Shown: positions 34,188-43,660, counted from the stretch's first letter. The stretch is 64,000 nt of DNA from an uncultured delta proteobacterium (GCA_963711565.1 CAVQEQ010000003.1:160001-224000), one strand, 5' to 3'. Numbers and translations are program-made. Notes: generated by a model not told the origin, from the letters alone.

Positions 34188-35298
34188 CCATGATCAGATC
34201 GTGAATCTTCGGGCGGAAGTCGCGAATCTTCTGATTGTCGCGCCGCGGATGAACTCGATTAGTCAGCATCGAGATCGCAATTTCGCTCTCCGGTTCGATC
34301 CAGATCGAAGTGCCGGTGAAGCCAAGATGCCCCACCGCCGCGGGCGAGAAGCGATGACCCGAGCTGGAATGCTCCGCCGACGGCGTGTCCCAGCCGAGCG
34401 CCCAGGTCGAGCCAGGCACGGTCGCATCGCGCGTCCAGAACTCGCGGATTATTTTTCGCGGCACAAAATCCGAGCGCCCCGCGTAGCATGCGATCAGCTC
34501 GCCCGCGATACGATCGACCTCGCGCACCGGGGCGAACAGTCCCGCGTGCCCGGCGACTCCGCCCATCGCGAACGCGTTCTCGTCGTCAACCTCGCCGACC
34601 AGCAGGCGTTTGCGCGACGGACATATTTCGGTCGGCGCGAACATGTCGGGGACCGGCTCCAGGCGCCGCGAGCGGACGTGTGAAATGTCGATATAATCGG
34701 TCGCGCGCAAGGACAGCGGGCGGAAGATTTTCTCGCGGCAGAACCGGTTGAGCGCGACGCTCGCGACCTTTTCGATCGTCTCGCCAAGCAGGATGAAACC
34801 GAGATCAGAGTAGATGGTCTTGCTCGCGGGCGGAGCTTCAGGTTTCTCGCGATGAATCTCCTCGTAGACGAACTCCTTGGCGCCGTAGCTCGCCATGAAG
34901 TTGACCCGCCCGCTTTTTTCGATATCGGCGATCCGCTGGTAAAACGGACGCCACGCCGCCAGGCCCGAGCAATGCGCCAACAGATGGCGAAACGTGATTA
35001 CGGTCTTGCCGTGCACGCCGAAGTTGGGAAAGAAACGCGTCACGCGATCGTCGAGGCGAAACTTGCCGTCGCGCGCGAGGATCATCAGCGCGACCGTCGT
35101 CGCCAGCGCCTTGGTGAGCGACGACAGGTCGTAAACGGTTTCGATTTTGGCCGGGGAGCGACTCGGCTCGATCGACCTGAATCCGAACGCGCCCTCGAAC
35201 GCAACGTCCGCGCCGCGCCGCACAACCACCGTCGCGCCGGGGATTACCCGCTCCTCGACAGCGTCGTTGAAAGCCTGCTCAACCTCACTCCATCCCAA
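34168..35298 (-). CDS. Serine hydrolase (beta-lactamase-related), likely peptidoglycan recycling
   Basis: YDLSSLTK, YSDLGF, GVAGHAGLF, GHLGFTGTS, LTNRVHP. TTG start follows a GGAGGA RBS. Confidence 0.85.
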   Translation of the reverse strand: MGWSEVEQAFNDAVEERVIPGATVVVRRGADVAFEGAFGFRSIEPSRSPAKIETVYDLSSLTKALATTVALMILARDGKFRLDDRVTRFFPNFGVHGKTVITFRHLLAHCSGLAAWRPFYQRIADIEKSGRVNFMASYGAKEFVYEEIHREKPEAPPASKTIYSDLGFILLGETIEKVASVALNRFCREKIFRPLSLRATDYIDISHVRSRRLEPVPDMFAPTEICPSRKRLLVGEVDDENAFAMGGVAGHAGLFAPVREVDRIAGELIACYAGRSDFVPRKIIREFWTRDATVPGSTWALGWDTPSAEHSSSGHRFSPAAVGHLGFTGTSIWIEPESEIAISMLTNRVHPRRDNQKIRDFRPKIHDLIMDALDGG

Positions 35299-35323
35299 CA
35301 GTCCATCCTCCGCAATTGGGCCG

Positions 35324-36250
35324 CTACCGCGTAACGGCCGGCTCAGTGAAAACGATCCGGCGCGCGGCGGAATCGATTCGCGCAACCACGCCGAACGGAA
35401 TCGTAAAATTTTCGGTGCCATGCCCGGCCTCGACGCCCCACAGCACCGGACATCCAAGGCCGTCGGTCTGCTCCGCGGCGAAGCGCGCGATCATCCGGCT
35501 CTCCTGCTCGTTGCCGTCGATCGCGCGAATCGCTCCGAAAACGATTCCCGCGACGCGTGCGAGCGCACCCGATTGGCGCAACTGCACGAGCATTCTGTCG
35601 ATTCGATACGCCTTCTCGCCGGTGTCCTCGAGAAACAAAATTCGTCCGTCGAAACGCGGCGCGTACGGCGTGCCGATCGTCGCGACCAGCACCGACAGGC
35701 ATCCGCCGATAACCTCGCCCTGCGAGTTCCCCGGATGCATCGCCTCGTGCGCCTCCAGCTCGAAGCCGTCAAGCTTGCCGGTGAGCAAACCTTGCAGATG
35801 CTCGAGCGCTCGCGGACTCAGGCCTCGCGCGAAATCCATCGCGACCATCGGCCCGTGAAACGATACCATCCCGGCAAAATCAACCAGCGCGTTGAGGATG
35901 AAGGTCGCATCAGAGAAGCCGACGAAGATTTTGGGCGTGCGTGCGAGCGCCTTGAAGTCGAGGAGCGGCAGCAGTCGGCCACATCCGTAGCCGCCGCGCG
36001 CCGAGAAGATCGCCTTGACCTCGGGGTCGGCGAAATATTCCTGGAGCTCGCTCGCCCGCCCGCGATCGTCGCCGGCCAGGATTCCCGAACGCGCGAGCGC
36101 GCGCTCCGAAACTTTGACCCGATAGCCCATCGAGGCGAGTGCGTTCACGCCGCGCTCGAGATGCGCCCGCTCGATCGCCGCAGCAGGCGCGACGACCGCG
36201 ACGGTATCGCCCGCTTTGAGCGCGTTGGGTTTGATCGGTTTGTTCTTCAC
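35324..36250 (-). CDS. ldcA: LD-carboxypeptidase (S66)
   Basis: ARGGYG, GFSDAT, FHGPM, LFLED, GHG triad motifs. Confidence 0.92.
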   Translation of the reverse strand: MKNKPIKPNALKAGDTVAVVAPAAAIERAHLERGVNALASMGYRVKVSERALARSGILAGDDRGRASELQEYFADPEVKAIFSARGGYGCGRLLPLLDFKALARTPKIFVGFSDATFILNALVDFAGMVSFHGPMVAMDFARGLSPRALEHLQGLLTGKLDGFELEAHEAMHPGNSQGEVIGGCLSVLVATIGTPYAPRFDGRILFLEDTGEKAYRIDRMLVQLRQSGALARVAGIVFGAIRAIDGNEQESRMIARFAAEQTDGLGCPVLWGVEAGHGTENFTIPFGVVARIDSAARRIVFTEPAVTR

Positions 36251-36338
36251 GGATTCGCGCTATCCCGCCCCGAATCCTACCAGATGACCCGCGCGAACGC
36301 CCATCAATTGCGCGAATTGCGCCGCTTCCGATTTCGGA

Positions 36339-37655
36339 TCAGTCGGCGACGGACGGCGCGGCATGCTCCTCCATTCCGGTGAGCGAACCAACTTCGGAAA
36401 ATCCGAGCAGTGCCGCAGTGACCCACAAACCCGCCGCGCCGATTGCAATCGTCGGACGCAGGCCGATGACGCCGCCCGCGATTCCCGCGACGAGTTGCCC
36501 GCAGAGCACGCTGGCTAGGCGGACGAAACGCAGGCTCGCGTTGACCCTGCCCAGCATCGGCTTGGGCGTGATCGTCTGGATCAGGCTGACGGCGTTGATG
36601 AAGTAGACCGTCGCGGCGCTGTCACCGACTAATTGTTGCGCGACCAGCAGCGCCACCGATACCGTGCCGTTGCCCCGCGCGATCGGAAGCAGCATGTACG
36701 CGACGCCTTCGATCGCGAGCCCGGCCACCATCGCCATTCCGGTACCGAGCACATCGGCGGTTCTGCGCGCGGCCAAAGCGCCGAACAGCGAGCTCGCGCC
36801 GCCGACCGCGAAGATCACGCCGAGCACGCCGGGCCTGAAGCCGAGCGCGTTGACGACGAACAGCAAGTAGAGCGTGCCGACCAAACTGTTCGCGAAGCCG
36901 CCCACGATCACGTTGACTCCAAATGCGCGCAGACGGCCGTCGCTGAAGATCAATCGCGCGCCGTCGGCGATCTCACGGGACACACTGGCGTCGCGGGCGC
37001 GCGGTGCGGGGGCAGGTTCAGGCTTGCGGATAAGCGCGATCGCAATGGCTGACGCGAGGAACGAGATCGCATCGATTAGAATTGCGAATGGCGCCGTGAG
37101 CCACTCCACCAGCCAGCCCGACAGCGCGAAGCCGCCCGCTTCGGCGACCCCGGCGCTGGCGGTGAGCTTGCTGTTCGCGTCGAGTAGATCTTCGCGGTCA
37201 ACGAGCGATGGCAGATAGGATCGATAAGCGACGTCAAAGAACAGATCGAGCGCGGAGTACGCGAGCATCACCGTGCAGAGCTGCAGCATGGTGAGTTTCG
37301 CAAACATCGCGGCAACCGGAATCGTGCCCAATACGATGAAGCGGCCGATATCGGTGCCGATCAGAATCGGGCGGCAGCGGACTCGATCGACTATCACGCC
37401 CGCGAAGAGGCCCAGCACCAGCGTCGGCACAATTCCGGCCGCGGCGAGGACGCCCATCTGGAACGGAGTCGCCTTGAGCGCGATCACCGCCGCGAAGCTG
37501 ATCGCGACATCGCCCATCCGCGTGCCGAACAGCGAGACCGTCTCTCCCGTCCACAACTTCATGAAGTCGGCGCGGCTGAATAGCACGCTCCGGCGGCGCG
37601 CGTCGGCGCCGATTGATTCGTTGTCTCTTTCGTCCGAGTGCATCGCAAATCTCAC
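36339..37655 (-). CDS. MFS transporter (MFS_3/DHA3, MefA/EntS-like)
   Basis: About 12 hydrophobic segments; FMKLWTGETVSLFG, GVIVDR, LPSLV..L..ANS, IDAISF, LGRVNA. Start GTG 37655 or ATG 37643. Confidence 0.9.
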   Translation of the reverse strand: MRFAMHSDERDNESIGADARRRSVLFSRADFMKLWTGETVSLFGTRMGDVAISFAAVIALKATPFQMGVLAAAGIVPTLVLGLFAGVIVDRVRCRPILIGTDIGRFIVLGTIPVAAMFAKLTMLQLCTVMLAYSALDLFFDVAYRSYLPSLVDREDLLDANSKLTASAGVAEAGGFALSGWLVEWLTAPFAILIDAISFLASAIAIALIRKPEPAPAPRARDASVSREIADGARLIFSDGRLRAFGVNVIVGGFANSLVGTLYLLFVVNALGFRPGVLGVIFAVGGASSLFGALAARRTADVLGTGMAMVAGLAIEGVAYMLLPIARGNGTVSVALLVAQQLVGDSAATVYFINAVSLIQTITPKPMLGRVNASLRFVRLASVLCGQLVAGIAGGVIGLRPTIAIGAAGLWVTAALLGFSEVGSLTGMEEHAAPSVAD

Positions 37656-37673
37656 GCGCGGCGCACCGCGCAG

Positions 37674-37712
37674 AAAAAGAAAAAGCCCCGGGCTTCGACG
37701 CCCGAGGCTCTT
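37674..37712 (-). terminator. Intrinsic terminator in the 5' leader of the MFS gene
   Basis: Minus strand reads GCCUCGGGC-gucgaa-GCCCGGGGC (9 bp, one G-U pair) followed by UUUUUCUUUUU. Confidence 0.88.
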
Positions 37713-37736
37713 TCAAGCCAGCTTTCGAAGTATCCC

Positions 37737-37784
37737 TCACCCACCAGGTCGTTGTTTGATTGAGATGATGAGGGTGACTTTCAC
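37737..37784 (-). CDS. Putative 15-aa leader peptide MKVTLIISIKQRPGG
   Basis: GGAG RBS (37791-37794) 6 nt before GTG; TGA stop 25-30 nt before the terminator stem. Confidence 0.65.
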   Translation of the reverse strand: MKVTLIISIKQRPGG

Positions 37785-37813
37785 GGGATTCTCCGAGTTC
37801 TGACTAAGGCGCG

Positions 37814-37842
37814 AGACTAATCCCGCCGCGCGAGTGGGTCAA
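37814..37842 (-). promoter_or_regulatory. Sigma70-type promoter for the leader/MFS transcript
   Basis: TTGACC-N17-TAGTCT on the minus strand. Confidence 0.65.
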
Positions 37843-37851
37843 GAAACCGGC

Positions 37852-38835
37852 TCAGTCGAATTTGAGGATTATTTTGCCGAAGTGCTCGCTCGCCTGCATC
37901 ATCCGATGTGCTGTAGGCGCGTCTGCCGCCGGCACCACTTTGTAGATTGGCGGACGCAATTTGCCGGCCTCGAGCGCGACGCCGAATCGCTCGACGAAGC
38001 CCGCGACGATCTGCGCTTTCTCAGTGGCTGGGCGCATTCGCAAAGTCGAGCCGAAGATCTTCAGATGACGGCGCAGGACGGCGGCGAGGTCGAGTTCCGC
38101 GCGCGTTCCATTCATCAGCCCGATCAGCACCAGCCGCCCTCCTTGCGCGAGCGACTCGATATTTCCCGCCAGGTAGGCGCCGCCGATGCTGTCCAGGATC
38201 GCGTCAACGCCGCGCCCGTCCGTCGCGGTCTGCACCGCGGGAGCGAACGGCCCATTCTTGTAATTGATCGCAACGTCGGCGCCCAGCTTGCGGCATTGCT
38301 CGCATTTCTCGTCCGAGCCCGCGGTTACGATCACGCCCACGCCGGCTTCCTTGAGCAACTGAATCGACGCGGTGCCGATACCGCTGCCGCCGCCGTGAAT
38401 CAACGCCGTCTCGCCGCGCTTGATTGCGGCCAGCATGAAAAAATTCAGGAACACGGTCAGGAAGACCTCGGGGACACCGGCGGCTTCCTCGAAACTCAGC
38501 GTCGCTGGAATCTTCATCGCGGACCCGTAATGCGCCACCGCCTTCTCCGCGTAGCCGCCGCCGGGCAGCAGCGCCATCGCGCGGTCGCCGATTTTCCATC
38601 CCGTAACCGCGGCGCCGACCGCGACGACTTCGCCGGCGCATTCCATGCCGATAATTTCCGACGCGCCCGGCGGAGGCGGATAAAATCCCTGGCGTTGAAG
38701 AAGGTCCGCGCGATTCACGCCGGCAGCCCGGACGCGAATCAAGATTTCATCGGGCTTGATCGACGGTTCGGCAACTTCGCCAAGTTTGAGCGCGTTTTCA
38801 TCGCCAGGTTTTTCGACGACTATCGCTTTCATCAT
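37852..38835 (-). CDS. NAD(P)H-quinone oxidoreductase, PIG3/zeta-crystallin family
   Basis: AGVNRADLLQRQGFYPPPPGASE, HGGGSGIG, HFGKI. Confidence 0.92.
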   Translation of the reverse strand: MMKAIVVEKPGDENALKLGEVAEPSIKPDEILIRVRAAGVNRADLLQRQGFYPPPPGASEIIGMECAGEVVAVGAAVTGWKIGDRAMALLPGGGYAEKAVAHYGSAMKIPATLSFEEAAGVPEVFLTVFLNFFMLAAIKRGETALIHGGGSGIGTASIQLLKEAGVGVIVTAGSDEKCEQCRKLGADVAINYKNGPFAPAVQTATDGRGVDAILDSIGGAYLAGNIESLAQGGRLVLIGLMNGTRAELDLAAVLRRHLKIFGSTLRMRPATEKAQIVAGFVERFGVALEAGKLRPPIYKVVPAADAPTAHRMMQASEHFGKIILKFD

Positions 38836-39293
38836 CTGTAAATCATCTTCACGGGTATCTGCTTCCAGCCGCTGCCGTCGTAGTGAAACTTGCACTGGTC
38901 GAAGGTCGGCGCGCTGAATTGTGGCACGACGTTGTTCGAAAATCCGTAGCCCTCGAGCGGGTAGCCGACGAAATTCGATTTGAACTTGCCGCTGCTGTCC
39001 TCGTCATGAAAGAGCGTGATCGCATAGTCGCCGGCGGGGAAGGTTCCATTGAAAACGCATTCGCCGTTGGCGTTCTTAATCGGCGCCCAGACGTGCTTCA
39101 CTATATGAGAATCGTCCCGCGGAAATCCGGCAGGCCCCGACCACAGCGAGCATCCCACCCGCCCGTTGTTATTTCGAAAGCCTGTCACTTCGACCTTGAT
39201 GCCTTTCGACGCGTCTTGTGCCCGCGACGAAGTCGGCAGCACGAACGCCGCCAGCATCAGTGCAAATGCGATCGCCTGGATTTTCACTCTCAT
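38832..39293 (-). CDS. DUF2141 family exported protein
   Basis: Signal peptide; GDYAITLFHDE, GYPLEGYGFSNN, PTF. Confidence 0.85.
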   Translation of the reverse strand: MRVKIQAIAFALMLAAFVLPTSSRAQDASKGIKVEVTGFRNNNGRVGCSLWSGPAGFPRDDSHIVKHVWAPIKNANGECVFNGTFPAGDYAITLFHDEDSSGKFKSNFVGYPLEGYGFSNNVVPQFSAPTFDQCKFHYDGSGWKQIPVKMIYR

Positions 39294-39315
39294 CAAATCG
39301 CAACTCCATAAACGA

Positions 39316-39337
39316 AGAGGGTCCACGAGGACCCTCT
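39316..39337 (-). terminator. Hairpin, probable terminator of the alcohol dehydrogenase gene
   Basis: AGAGGGTCC-acga-GGACCCTCT perfect 9-bp stem with a modest U-rich tail on the minus strand. Confidence 0.5.
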
Positions 39338-39373
39338 CACGTGTTTAATTCCAACGAACCGCGAACGCCGCGA

Positions 39374-40429
39374 CTAGTTGTAGTTGTTGATTACCGTGAC
39401 GCCGATATTCTGAAAAGTGTTCATCTCGTTGAAAATCTTGTTGATCCCGTCCAGCCCACAGGTCCCGGTCACCATCGCCTTGGGCGTGACCTTCTTCGCC
39501 TCGACCATTTGCAGCATCGCCGGATAGTGCGATGCCTGCATCCCGAGCGATCCGATCATCTGCAACTCCATCAGGACGATCCGATCGATCGGCATCGGAA
39601 TCTCGCCCTGCTCCGCCGAAGTCGTGAGCCCGATCTGCAGATGACGGCCCTGCTTGCGCAGGCTCATGATCGAATTGCGGCAAGTGGCCGCAACGCCGAG
39701 CGCATCCACGGCCACGTGCGCGCCGCCGCCGGTGAGATCGAAAATCGCGCTCAGGGGATCGGTCTTCTTCGCGTTGATCACGTGCGCCGCGCCCATGCCC
39801 TTGGCGAGTTCGAGCTTGGCCGAGTCGAGATCGACGCCGATGACGTTGGCTCCCATGGCGGCCGCGATATTGATCGCCGACAGTCCGATTCCGCCGCAGC
39901 CATGAACCACCACCCACTCACCGGGCTTCACCTGCGCGCGATCGACGACGCCGTGAAACGAAGTCATAAAGCGGCAGCCCATCGAAGCCGCCTCGACAAA
40001 GTCGATGCTCGCGGGGAGAGTGACGAGGTTCATGTCGGCGAACGGCACTGCGACCAGGTGGCCGAATCCGCCGTGATACGAAAATCCCGGCAGCAGTGGA
40101 GTCAGGCATACGTTGGATTGCCCGTTGCGACAGTATTCGCAAGTGCCGTCGCCCTGGCTGAACGGCACCACGACGCGCGCGCCCTTCTTGAAGTTGCGCA
40201 CGTCCTTGCCGACTTCCTCGACGATGCCGGTGAACTCATGCCCCATGACCGCGCCGGGCTGCGCCGAAAGCCCCATCCACGACCAGTCGCCCGTCCACGC
40301 GTGCCAATCGGAACGGCAGATGCCGTTGGCCTCGACGCGGATGATCGCGCTGGTCGGTTCGCATTCCGGATCGGGAAGAGTTTTTACGACGAGCGGCTTT
40401 TTGGTCGCCTCGAATACAGCTGCTTTCAT
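39374..40429 (-). CDS. Zinc-dependent alcohol dehydrogenase family protein
   Basis: GICRSDWH, GHEFTG, DGTCEYC..C structural zinc site, GCGGIG. Confidence 0.92.
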   Translation of the reverse strand: MKAAVFEATKKPLVVKTLPDPECEPTSAIIRVEANGICRSDWHAWTGDWSWMGLSAQPGAVMGHEFTGIVEEVGKDVRNFKKGARVVVPFSQGDGTCEYCRNGQSNVCLTPLLPGFSYHGGFGHLVAVPFADMNLVTLPASIDFVEAASMGCRFMTSFHGVVDRAQVKPGEWVVVHGCGGIGLSAINIAAAMGANVIGVDLDSAKLELAKGMGAAHVINAKKTDPLSAIFDLTGGGAHVAVDALGVAATCRNSIMSLRKQGRHLQIGLTTSAEQGEIPMPIDRIVLMELQMIGSLGMQASHYPAMLQMVEAKKVTPKAMVTGTCGLDGINKIFNEMNTFQNIGVTVINNYN

Positions 40430-40505
40430 TGTTGAATCTCCTTAACGAAGTCGTGATTGATTTCGATATAGCGCCTTTGGCGGCAAACCGGCAAATTCCA
40501 ACACT

Positions 40506-40559
40506 GGGTGCAGGGGTCACCCCTGCCCAAGGAAGCGCGAAACCCACGGAGGGTTTCGC
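40506..40559. repeat. Tandem GC-rich hairpins (REP-like element or structured UTR)
   Basis: GCAGGGG-tca-CCCCTGC (40510-40526) and GCGAAACCC-acgga-GGGTTTCGC (40537-40559). Confidence 0.5.
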
Positions 40560-40589
40560 ATTCAATTAAGTGATTTCCCCTTCCCCATC

Positions 40590-41585
40590 CTATAACAGCC
40601 TCGCCACGGTTTTCTCGAACTCGGCCGGCGTGCTCGCATCAACATCTATCGGATGCAGATCGACGCCCGCCTCGTCCTGCGCCTTCAGACGCTCGACCGC
40701 GCCTTCGATGCCGCCGATATAACCCAACTCCGCGAGCAGCTTCGGCGACAGCGCCGCGGTCCCGGCCTTCGAGCCGCCCGCGTCCCACGCCTGCTTGACC
40801 TTCTGCACATCGTCGCCGAAACCGAAGCGCGTGAGTTGCTCGGAATAAAAGGTCCCCATGCGCGCGGCGTAGAACGCGACGTTGGCCGCATGTCCCGCGA
40901 CGGCGCGATCGACGTTCGCAGTAACAGTCACGTGTCCGGGCGCCTTGACCGCGACATCGCGCGGATTCCGTCCGGCGCTCGTCGCGATCTCGCGAAAATC
41001 CGCGATCGCTTTCTTGAGCGAGTTGATCGGGATCATCACCGGCAGCCATCCGTCGGTTTTCCTGGCGGTGAACTCGACGCTCTTTTTGTTGAGCGACGCA
41101 ATCCAGATCGGGATGTGCTTGCGCGGAGTCTCGAAGCGCATCGTGAAGCCGCGTTGCAGCTTGAACAGCTTGCCTTCGTAGTTGAGCGGCGTCTGCGCGA
41201 AAATCATGTTGATAATTTCCACGTACTCTTTCATCCGCGTCAGCGGCGGATTAAACGGGACGCCGTGGAAATGCTCGATCACCTGCGGCCCGCTGGTGCC
41301 GAGCCCGATTATCATGCGGCCGTTGCTCAATTCGTCGAGCGTGCCGAAATGCTGCGCGAGAGCTGCCGGCGTACGTGAATATATATTCACGATCGAAGTC
41401 GCGAGCTGAATCTTGCTGGTATGCTCGGCGAGCAGCGTCAGCAGCGTGAACGCGTCGCGGCCCCACGCTTCGGCCACCCAGATCGAATGGATGCCCGCGG
41501 CTTCCGCGATTTTCGCGTGCTCGATCGTCTTCTTGAAATCAGGCTTGCCCTGCCAGTTCACTCCGACTGATAATTTGCGTGCCAT
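40590..41585 (-). CDS. LLM class flavin/F420-dependent oxidoreductase
   Basis: WVAEAWGRD, YSRTPA, LDELSNGR..GLGTSGPQVIE. Confidence 0.9.
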   Translation of the reverse strand: MARKLSVGVNWQGKPDFKKTIEHAKIAEAAGIHSIWVAEAWGRDAFTLLTLLAEHTSKIQLATSIVNIYSRTPAALAQHFGTLDELSNGRMIIGLGTSGPQVIEHFHGVPFNPPLTRMKEYVEIINMIFAQTPLNYEGKLFKLQRGFTMRFETPRKHIPIWIASLNKKSVEFTARKTDGWLPVMIPINSLKKAIADFREIATSAGRNPRDVAVKAPGHVTVTANVDRAVAGHAANVAFYAARMGTFYSEQLTRFGFGDDVQKVKQAWDAGGSKAGTAALSPKLLAELGYIGGIEGAVERLKAQDEAGVDLHPIDVDASTPAEFEKTVARLL

Positions 41586-41595
41586 CAAAATCCTC

Positions 41596-42234
41596 CTACG
41601 CGAGATCGCGAATCCTTTCGTACCATCGACTGACGTTTTTGAAATCTTTCACCGTCGCAAAGCTCGCTGGGTTGAGCGTTAGAAAAAACAGCGGGTGGTA
41701 CACTGACGCGTCCGCCATCGTGAAGCTCTTGCCCAGAATGAAATCCTTGCCCGCGAGCTGATCGTCGATCATCCGCAAATGACTCGCGAGCTGCTCCTTC
41801 ATCGGCACGTGACTCTCACGCATCTGCGCCGTCGTCATCCCGATCAGCTTCTCGCGATTCGCCTTCAGCTTCGCGTCGCCCGCCGCGTCGAGTAAATCGG
41901 GAATCGTCAAAAACAAAATCGGCATGAAAAACGTGTTATCGGCCCAATTGTCGACCAGCTCGATCAGCAGGCGCGACTCGTCGGGAATCACGCGGTTCGC
42001 CGGCAATTTGCGATCGAGCCACTTGATTATGTCCGCGGAGTTGTAAACCACCTCGCCGTCCCATTCGAGCACCGGCACCCGCGTCCACGCGCCTTTGGTC
42101 ACGGCGAGCAGGTTGGTCTTGTCCTCGTAATGGCAGTCGATCGGATGCCACTTGAGATGCTTGTAGATGAGCACGCGCCGCACCTTCTCGGAGAACGGCG
42201 AGATTGGATACTGATAGAGATTTATTTCTCCCAC
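41596..42234 (-). CDS. Glutathione S-transferase family protein
   Basis: SPFSEKVR, VPVL, NSADI, FTMAD. Confidence 0.88.
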   Translation of the reverse strand: MGEINLYQYPISPFSEKVRRVLIYKHLKWHPIDCHYEDKTNLLAVTKGAWTRVPVLEWDGEVVYNSADIIKWLDRKLPANRVIPDESRLLIELVDNWADNTFFMPILFLTIPDLLDAAGDAKLKANREKLIGMTTAQMRESHVPMKEQLASHLRMIDDQLAGKDFILGKSFTMADASVYHPLFFLTLNPASFATVKDFKNVSRWYERIRDLA

Positions 42235-42238
42235 TTTT

Positions 42239-42664
42239 TCAGAACCTCATCACCTTGAGCGAAAATTCAATATCTTCGCGAATCAAATTCCGAATATGGC
42301 ATCCGCGCTCGGCAACTTCGACCAGTCGATGAAGCTGTTCGTCGTTGGCGCTGGATTCAACTTGAAGTTCTACTTTAATTTCCTTCACATGCCCTTTTTC
42401 GTTGGCGCGAGCATGCACCGACGCTCGGCCGAGATGGACTTTGCGCACGCGCGCAGCGACTCGGAGCGACATCAGCAGACATCCACCAAGCGCGCCAAGG
42501 AACGACGACACCGGATCGGGCGCAGCCGCATCTTCGCCCGACAGCCGCCACCGCAGCGCATCGTACTTCACCTCGGCGCTGAGCGAATCGCCCGCCGAAT
42601 CGACGATGACGTCGCGATGATGCGTCGGTTCCTGCGATGGATCTGCGGCTGGCACATTGGGCAC
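42239..42664 (-). CDS. OsmC/Ohr family protein
   Basis: P..FLGALGGC and AERGCHI two-cysteine pattern. GTG start follows GGAGG. Confidence 0.82.
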   Translation of the reverse strand: MPNVPAADPSQEPTHHRDVIVDSAGDSLSAEVKYDALRWRLSGEDAAAPDPVSSFLGALGGCLLMSLRVAARVRKVHLGRASVHARANEKGHVKEIKVELQVESSANDEQLHRLVEVAERGCHIRNLIREDIEFSLKVMRF

Positions 42665-42801
42665 GTCGTCCTCCAACGCCCAACCCTAGCCGAGACGACG
42701 ACTTTTCTACAAACCGTTCCTTCAGGGAATTGGACGCGATCACCCTGCTACTCGATTTTTTCGCGCCGAAGTATCATCGTAGATTGCAACCGAGGCGCGC
42801 T

Positions 42802-43644
42802 ATGAAAAAGCATCTCACCGTCATTCTCGTCGCGACAACGCTGATCGTCACCACGGTCCTCTCGCGTGCCGTCGCCGACGACCTGGAGGCGAACGACAAG
42901 GACGCGGTCTGCACCACCGGTGCGGCTGGCCAGATGGGCCTGCACCTGAGATTGAGCGACCACATGACGATGACCGAGTCGCGGCCGATGACGCCGGCGG
43001 ACACTGAGCGCGGCGAAAAGATCATCGCGACGATGCGCGCGAAGCTCGCCAAGTACGAGGACTACAAGGTCGCGATCGCCGACGGCTACCAGCCTTACAT
43101 GGAATCGGTGCCGCAGGACGTCTATCACTTCGCCAATCGCGAGCTGACGGCCTCCGAGTACATGGGCGACTTCGATCTCGCGCACCCCGGCTCGCTCCTC
43201 TACGAGAAGAAAATGTTTGGTGGATACAAGCTGGTCGGCGCGATGTACGACGCGCCCGAGGGCGATACTCCTGAGCAACTCGACGCGCTGATCCCGCTGA
43301 GCCTTTCCCATTGGCACGCGCACACCAATATCTGCCTCCCCAACGGCGTGACCGAGGCCGACGTAATGAACGGCAACATCGCGGCCAGGATGCGGCCGGA
43401 TATTTCCTCGGCGGGCGATGCCCCCGAGCAGTTTGGTCGCGGCGGTGGCGCGGGTGAGTCCGTACGGATGCGCGTCGGCTACCTGGCCGATCCGCGTTTC
43501 GGCTTCACCGGCACGATTTCAAATCAGGCTGACTGCGAGGCGGCGGACGGAAATTTTCACAAGCAGATTTTCGGCTGGATGATCCACGTCTACCCGTTCG
43601 CAAGCGACGATATGAAGGTAGCGTTCAGCCTCGAAGCACCGTGA
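42802..43644 (+). CDS. Secreted hypothetical protein with His/Met/Cys motifs
   Basis: Signal peptide; YHF, PGSLLYE, LVGAMY, WHAHTNIC, GWMIHVYPF. Confidence 0.72.
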   Translation: MKKHLTVILVATTLIVTTVLSRAVADDLEANDKDAVCTTGAAGQMGLHLRLSDHMTMTESRPMTPADTERGEKIIATMRAKLAKYEDYKVAIADGYQPYMESVPQDVYHFANRELTASEYMGDFDLAHPGSLLYEKKMFGGYKLVGAMYDAPEGDTPEQLDALIPLSLSHWHAHTNICLPNGVTEADVMNGNIAARMRPDISSAGDAPEQFGRGGGAGESVRMRVGYLADPRFGFTGTISNQADCEAADGNFHKQIFGWMIHVYPFASDDMKVAFSLEAP

Positions 43645-43660
43645 CACGGACGCCCACTGC

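Noticed and set aside
40478-40530. GGCAAACC resembling the start of a c-di-GMP-I riboswitch
   Set aside because: The GAAA tetraloop and GACGCAAAG elements are missing, and no downstream gene lies on that strand.
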